A stretch of 64,000 nucleotides of DNA from Candidatus Altimarinota bacterium (GTDB taxonomy: Bacteria; Patescibacteriota; Gracilibacteria; CAIRYL01): NCBI GenBank assembly GCA_965250085.1, contig OZ252287.1, forward strand, positions 864,001-928,000, read 5' to 3'. A model generated the notes under the pieces. It saw only the letters and a list, made by a program, of their open reading frames with translations, searched no databases and was not told where the DNA came from. The translations under genes were made by a program, and so were the position numbers. This document shows, one piece after another, positions 59,391-64,000 of the stretch (its first letter is position 1; the number at the start of each line of letters is the position of its first letter).

Positions 59391-59771
59391 TTATCGGGGA
59401 AAAACCATAAAAGATTCTATACTCATTTCTGTCGGTGAGAAAAATCTATTAATCCCAAACCAGAAAGAAATAGCTACAAAAAATACATACGCCAACATCC
59501 TTCCAACTATATGAAAGTCTGAATACTTTTTCATTTTATCCAGATTATAATACATACTAGCAACTCCTATTCCAAGAAAAAGAGAGATAATATATATTAC
59601 CCAAAGCGTAGCTATTCTTCCATTATAGTCGATATTCTCGAAGAATGTGTTAATAATGAAGAAAACAGATGTCAATAAAAATATGAAATTACACCCAAAA
59701 TAAACTAATAGCCACATTAAGTACCTTAATGACAAGGTCAATTCTCTCTTTAATAAAACTATATTTTTCAT
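59391..59771 (-). CDS. Putative immunity protein (about 3 TM)
   Basis: AT-rich membrane ORF directly downstream of an RHS C-terminal gene. Confidence 0.6.
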   Translation of the reverse strand: MKNIVLLKRELTLSLRYLMWLLVYFGCNFIFLLTSVFFIINTFFENIDYNGRIATLWVIYIISLFLGIGVASMYYNLDKMKKYSDFHIVGRMLAYVFFVAISFWFGINRFFSPTEMSIESFMVFPR

Positions 59772-59798
59772 AAAAAAACTAAAAAGAACAAAAAGGGT

Positions 59799-60974
59799 TT
59801 AATCATTTTTGTCATCCTTGTCACTACCCTCTTTCAGGCTCTCAGGAACCCTAATTTTTTGACCGGGATTGATCAGACTTGGGTTATCTAAATTATTGTA
59901 CTCAGCAACCTGATTCCAATCGCTTCCAAAAATACCTGATAATGTATCTCCTTTCTGAACAGTGTAAAATTCAGATTCAGGGAGCTGTGGACCATAAACA
60001 GGTGGCTGAATCGGACCGATAAATACTGAATTTTGATAATTATTTTGCGTAATGTTTAAAGATTGTTCAGGAGATTCATTGAGTTGTTGCTTAATTTCTG
60101 CCAAAGTTTCCCCATTAGGGATAACAGAAGTTGTCATAAACAGAGGCACGGGATCTTCATCTTTACCTGAAAATCCTTTTGCTATGTTTATTAATCCAAC
60201 GCTTCCAACGTGAACTCCCTCATACATTGCACCTACTCCTGCATATGCTGCAATCCCTGAAGATCCATAAGTTAAAGATGCTCCTCCCACCACACCAAGC
60301 CCGCCAATGCCTAATTCTACTGTACCTTCCCCTACTGTTCTCCAATTCACATCCCAACTTGCGGGGTTGTACCATTCTTCCCCACTCGGATCCACATACT
60401 TGAGCGGATTATTCCTCACATATGCATATTTATTGAGTGATTGCGGATCAGAAATATCTCCAAACCAGGGATCAAGGGAAATAAACCTCCCAATCCCACT
60501 ATCATAATACCTCGCCTCATAGTAGTAGAGCCCCGTATCCTCATCCTTCTCTTTGCCCGTAAACTTATAGTCATTTTCATACGAAGAAGACTGTTCATCC
60601 AGCCTCACATCCCCATACGGATAATAATCCAGTAGCTGAAGAACATTCCCCATATCATCTGTATCCACATTGCTTCCGGTGAGATGATCTGTATGGTGAT
60701 ACACCACATCACTCTCATATGAAGGGACACTCACCTCTCCACACCACCAATTCGCCTCCTCAACCACTGGCCAAGCGACCTGTTCACCCGTACTTAAATT
60801 CACCACACACATCTCACCAAAGGTCTCGAGGTAATGTGCTTCCGTAACAGTTCCAGAAAGAGAAGTTTCATTCTCCCAGAGGGGTGATGTGTCTCCAGCA
60901 CAACCTGACAAATCAACTGTGCAAGTACTCCCACTGCCACTGACCAGACCATCAGAAGAGGCGGCTACTTTCAT
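59799..60974 (-). CDS. Orphan RHS-core protein with a Gly-rich hydrophobic segment and C-terminal LysM
   Basis: HTDHLTGS, YYPYG, FTGKEKD, YYEARYYD, YAYVRNNPLKYVDPSG; LysM YTVQKGDTLSGI...NPSLINPGQKIRVP. Confidence 0.88.
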   Translation of the reverse strand: MKVAASSDGLVSGSGSTCTVDLSGCAGDTSPLWENETSLSGTVTEAHYLETFGEMCVVNLSTGEQVAWPVVEEANWWCGEVSVPSYESDVVYHHTDHLTGSNVDTDDMGNVLQLLDYYPYGDVRLDEQSSSYENDYKFTGKEKDEDTGLYYYEARYYDSGIGRFISLDPWFGDISDPQSLNKYAYVRNNPLKYVDPSGEEWYNPASWDVNWRTVGEGTVELGIGGLGVVGGASLTYGSSGIAAYAGVGAMYEGVHVGSVGLINIAKGFSGKDEDPVPLFMTTSVIPNGETLAEIKQQLNESPEQSLNITQNNYQNSVFIGPIQPPVYGPQLPESEFYTVQKGDTLSGIFGSDWNQVAEYNNLDNPSLINPGQKIRVPESLKEGSDKDDKND

Positions 60975-61003
60975 GTTTTTTTAAAGAGAAAAATTTGATT
61001 TAC

Positions 61004-61042
61004 CGCACGCGTTATACCTGTCCGCTGTGGTGGAAACGTGCG
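61004..61042. repeat. REP-like hairpin overlapping the end of a putative immunity gene
   Basis: CGCACG...CGTGCG stem; the loop contains ACCTGTCCGCTGTG, also present inverted at 13636-13649. Confidence 0.6.
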
Positions 61043-61617
61043 CTAGCGAAAAAAACCTTGAATATAAGATAAATTTTAAGACAAATTTCAAGAAAATTTG
61101 GAACAGAGGCAAAATAATTTTTTTCGATGTTAAATAAGAAAAATAAGTAGGTTTGAGAAAAGAGAATAAGTAAAAGTAGAAATAAGAATACTGTTGTATT
61201 TAAAGATAATTTTATCTTTTCCCTTGATTGAGCTTTTAACAAGAATCCAATAATCAGCCAGCCAAAAGATATAACAATAAAAAGGTAGAGAAAAAAATAC
61301 CCGGCTAGTCCTTCATTTATTTGGAAAGACAAGGTAAAAAAGTAACTTAGTAACGGCAGAGAGAAGAGTAATACGGCCAAGACTATTGTTTTCCAAACTT
61401 CGCTTTTTGTTCTTTGGTAATAGACATAAGATAAAAGACTACTTATCGCCAGTATGACAGAGCACAGTAGTGAAATCCTCACGATGAATAGATTTGAATT
61501 TGTTAAGAATAGAGCAAGAAGAATAAACGATAGCAAAGTACTCCATAGATAAGTTTTTCGTAAAGCTCCCGCAAGGTTTTTCATAAGTTTAAAATAAAAG
61601 TGTTTTAGGAATTTCAT
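61012..61617 (-). CDS. Putative orphan immunity protein (multi-TM)
   Basis: Very AT-rich, about 5-6 TMs; ATGA overlap with an upstream toxin-tip remnant. Confidence 0.6.
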   Translation of the reverse strand: MKFLKHFYFKLMKNLAGALRKTYLWSTLLSFILLALFLTNSNLFIVRISLLCSVILAISSLLSYVYYQRTKSEVWKTIVLAVLLFSLPLLSYFFTLSFQINEGLAGYFFLYLFIVISFGWLIIGFLLKAQSREKIKLSLNTTVFLFLLLLILFSQTYLFFLFNIEKNYFASVPNFLEICLKIYLIFKVFFASARFHHSGQV

Positions 61618-61741
61618 TCAATAAAATCTTTAATATAACCCCATGCTTAAGAATTTCTTAGCCAACTGTGGATTTCAACGTTTCCGTGTCCTGTATCCCC
61701 AAATCCCAAATTAACAACATTGGCTTCTGGTCTCCATGTAG
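61614..61741 (-). pseudogene. Remnant C-terminal tip of a paralogous RHS lipase-like toxin
   Basis: Manual translation ...VVNLGFGDTGHGNVEIHSWLRNS*AWGYIKDFIE* resembles FHSWLRTSDAWNNSIKD of 62083-63300; internal TAA at 61647-61649. Confidence 0.65.
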
Positions 61742-62053
61742 CTATAGCATCACTTCTTCTATTGTATTGATCAGACCTAAAGAAAAGAGAGCCTTGGTTG
61801 TGAAATAATTAAGAACAAAGTAAAAGATTATAGTAAGAGTAGTTGCAATCAAAATACCCAGGCTCTTTGAGGTAGTCAATTTTTCTGCTAAAAACAGACA
61901 AAACTTACAAATGAGCCATAAATAAGTAAAAAATAGAATAATTATCAAAAATAATTGAATCATTATATATGAATCACCCAGTGGTAATCCAATCTTAAAC
62001 AAAAAATCTGTGATAGCAGTTGCAATATAATTTATAAATGACGGGAAAATCAT
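61742..62053 (-). CDS. Putative immunity protein (2-3 TM)
   Basis: Small hydrophobic AT-rich ORF immediately after the RHS-lipase gene. Confidence 0.6.
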   Translation of the reverse strand: MIFPSFINYIATAITDFLFKIGLPLGDSYIMIQLFLIIILFFTYLWLICKFCLFLAEKLTTSKSLGILIATTLTIIFYFVLNYFTTKALFSLGLINTIEEVML

Positions 62054-62082
62054 AATTTCCTATAAAATGATAAAATTAAAAA

Positions 62083-63300
62083 CTAATTATCATCGTTTTT
62101 AGTAGTTTTAGAGCTACCGTCATCATGCAACTCGGGTATACCGTCTTCATTTGTTTCAGCCTTTAAGATACCTAAATTTACAAGCTGATCTTTTATTGAA
62201 TTATTCCAAGCATCAGATGTTCTTAGCCAACTATGAAACTTGTTCGAAGACCAATAAAAGTTTCCACCTCTTGCACGCAAATTAACAGCTTTTTCTAAAG
62301 CGTGTCTAAAACGACCCCTAATAGACATAGGTGGATATGCGACCTTACCAGCAATTTGTACATTATCTGACCTATGATACACATTTATAAAATCAACAAC
62401 GGTTGAGTCTTTATCGGAGAGAAAGTAGTTATCATGAACAGGCGTTCCTAATGTGAGAAGAGTATCCACCTTTCTTCCAAGTCCACTATTTATTGCTTCA
62501 ATGGCAACATTGCCACCATGACTGTGTGCAACTATATTTAGTTGCTCACCTTCGGAAAAATTATAGTTAGAGATAAAACCTTGAAGAGACCTTGCTCCAT
62601 TGGCACGGGCCTCGGTGCTGTTTTTTCCAGACCAGTTGAAAGCCGCAGAAGATTTGTCACCAAGGTCACTAGTTACTCTGTTCATGTAAGAACTGGAAAA
62701 AGAATTTCGACTTTTTCCTGGCAAAACAGTTCCATGAATAAAGATAGTGAGAAGCCCATCAGGATCAATTGCACCCAAGGGATTATTACGGACATAAGTG
62801 TACGAATTTAATTGCTGAGGATCCTTCAGGAAAGTTTCTGGAGAAAGTTTTGCCATCGGGTCAATAGCAGTAAACCTCCCAATCCCAGAATCATAATACC
62901 TCGCTTCATAATAATACAAACCCGTATCCTCATCCTTCTCTTTGCCCGTAAACTTATAGTCATTTTCATAAGAAGAAGACTGTTCATCGAGTCTTACATC
63001 CCCATACGGGTAATAATCCAGTAGCTGAATGATATTCCCTGCATCATCCGTATCCACATTACTGCCCGTCAGATGATCTGCATAATGATAGATGATAGAG
63101 GGAGTGCCGCCCTCTGCCGGAGGTTCCCCTCCTCCTCCATTCCCATGATCCACCGTAATCGCACCGGAACTGTATACCATGACCGGTGCATTGACCCCAT
63201 CGTCAATCACTCCATAGACATACTGATCCCCTTCAGGCAGACCTGAGGTGTCCCAATACAGAGAGCTGTTCATGTCTTTATCAATGCGTATAGAAGGCAT
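62083..63300 (-). CDS. Chimeric orphan RHS protein with an alpha/beta-hydrolase (lipase-like) C-terminal domain; first 15 aa derive from the RAYT
   Basis: RHS core through NNPLGAIDPDG; IFIHGT, FNWSG, VAHSHGGNV, TLGTP, DNVQ; N-terminus identical to the ORF starting at 59272. Confidence 0.85.
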   Translation of the reverse strand: MPSIRIDKDMNSSLYWDTSGLPEGDQYVYGVIDDGVNAPVMVYSSGAITVDHGNGGGGEPPAEGGTPSIIYHYADHLTGSNVDTDDAGNIIQLLDYYPYGDVRLDEQSSSYENDYKFTGKEKDEDTGLYYYEARYYDSGIGRFTAIDPMAKLSPETFLKDPQQLNSYTYVRNNPLGAIDPDGLLTIFIHGTVLPGKSRNSFSSSYMNRVTSDLGDKSSAAFNWSGKNSTEARANGARSLQGFISNYNFSEGEQLNIVAHSHGGNVAIEAINSGLGRKVDTLLTLGTPVHDNYFLSDKDSTVVDFINVYHRSDNVQIAGKVAYPPMSIRGRFRHALEKAVNLRARGGNFYWSSNKFHSWLRTSDAWNNSIKDQLVNLGILKAETNEDGIPELHDDGSSKTTKNDDN

Positions 63301-63393
63301 AGGTTGTGAACAAAGTAGAGTTAAAAGATTGTGAGTGAAGGATGATGGAACCAGGTGTCATTCGCTTCGCTCAGAACACCTGCTCCCGCGTGA
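63255..63393 (-). repeat. 139-bp duplicate of 59227-59365 (REP + RAYT 5' end)
   Basis: Identical by eye from AATACAGAGAGCTG to CTCCCGCGTGA. Confidence 0.92.
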
Positions 63394-63395
63394 AA

Positions 63396-63938
63396 TTAAC
63401 TATCAACTAATAATTCTTTAAAATTCTTACAGGAATCTTTGATATGAGGAACAGTGTGTATTTTTAAGTTAAAAATTATCTCCCATATACGATCGGTATT
63501 TTTCTGTTGATTTTTTTCTTTCTTTATCTCCGTGTTCAAAATTGTCTCGATATCCATATATATTTCTTCAATATCGAGAGACATCTCACCGAGTCTTTCC
63601 TCAGATAATCGTTCTTGAAATTTCTTACTAATTTTTGATCTAAAACTAAAAGTACTAGGATTAGATCCTAAATAAGATTTTCCATCAGAGACATTTAATT
63701 CATCAAGATAGCCAGAAAGCAACCCTGATAACTGTTCTATTTTCTGAAAGTTCTCATAAAGCTCATTCAAGTGACCAAGGTCAAGTTTTTTTAATTTCAG
63801 TAAATTCTTGGTATTGGATAAAGTCAAAATCAGTCTGCCATAATTGCTGTAAAATTCAATTCTCTGATTATCAGAAAAATTACTAAAATTACTAAAAATA
63901 ACTTTTACATCTACATTAGCATCTTTTGGGATATTCAT
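63396..63938 (-). CDS. Hypothetical soluble protein, possible immunity protein for a toxin beyond the window
   Basis: Very AT-rich 180-aa ORF in the array; its stop is 2 bp from the REP element. Confidence 0.5.
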   Translation of the reverse strand: MNIPKDANVDVKVIFSNFSNFSDNQRIEFYSNYGRLILTLSNTKNLLKLKKLDLGHLNELYENFQKIEQLSGLLSGYLDELNVSDGKSYLGSNPSTFSFRSKISKKFQERLSEERLGEMSLDIEEIYMDIETILNTEIKKEKNQQKNTDRIWEIIFNLKIHTVPHIKDSCKNFKELLVDS

Positions 63939-64000
63939 ATCTAGGATTATTAATATTAAAAAAGTCTAATTCTCAAGCTTCTTTTTTAATCTTCTAACAT

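Noticed and set aside
59359-61042. Integron attC sites after the putative immunity genes (TAAC at the stop codons)
   Set aside because: No matching GTTRRRY end, no RYYYAAC consensus and no integrase seen.
58915-63108. Diversity-generating retroelement template/variable repeat pair (duplicated RHS core)
   Set aside because: The differences are synonymous and not adenine-restricted, and include a 2-bp indel; no reverse transcriptase is in the window.
58861-63393. CRISPR array from the recurring GGTGTCATTCGCTTCGCTCAGAACAC repeat
   Set aside because: Only three copies, at irregular spacing of hundreds to thousands of bp, with no uniform spacers and no cas genes; better explained as REP/RAYT ends.

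Overview
Chromosomal segment of an AT-rich bacterium read with the standard code (long ORFs end at TGA). Gene content (seven 2-TM VirB2/TrbC-like pilins, three prepilin-motif genes, a DUF4012 protein, a C39-like peptidase, a bacterial PH-domain protein, and de novo purine/pyrimidine genes) suggests Patescibacteria/CPR, possibly Peregrinibacteria-like; this is inference only. Core genes: pheS (partial), purQ, purL, tkt, proB, ruvA, murJ, gap, tRNA-Leu(GAG), class I fba, nth, dnaE, folK, ndk, pyrK, ung, pyrG, a comEC-like gene, dnaN, mfd, an ftsE-like gene, purM and dprA. There are two IS elements: an intact IS481-family element with a 15-bp target duplication, and a frameshifted IS30-family element. 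Highlights: (1) an RHS toxin/immunity cassette array at 58.9-64 kb whose boundaries coincide with REP hairpins and fragments of a REP-associated tyrosine transposase (RAYT), one of which supplies the start codon of an RHS-lipase ORF; (2) a voltage-sensor (S1-S4) domain fused to a 2-TM/PH domain with no pore; (3) a sharp T-rich to A-rich strand switch with DnaA-box-like 9-mers just before dnaN (candidate oriC, no dnaA adjacent); (4) a G10 tract between the pilin and adhesin-like parts of a large prepilin. All family calls come from motif recognition by eye; no database searches were run.
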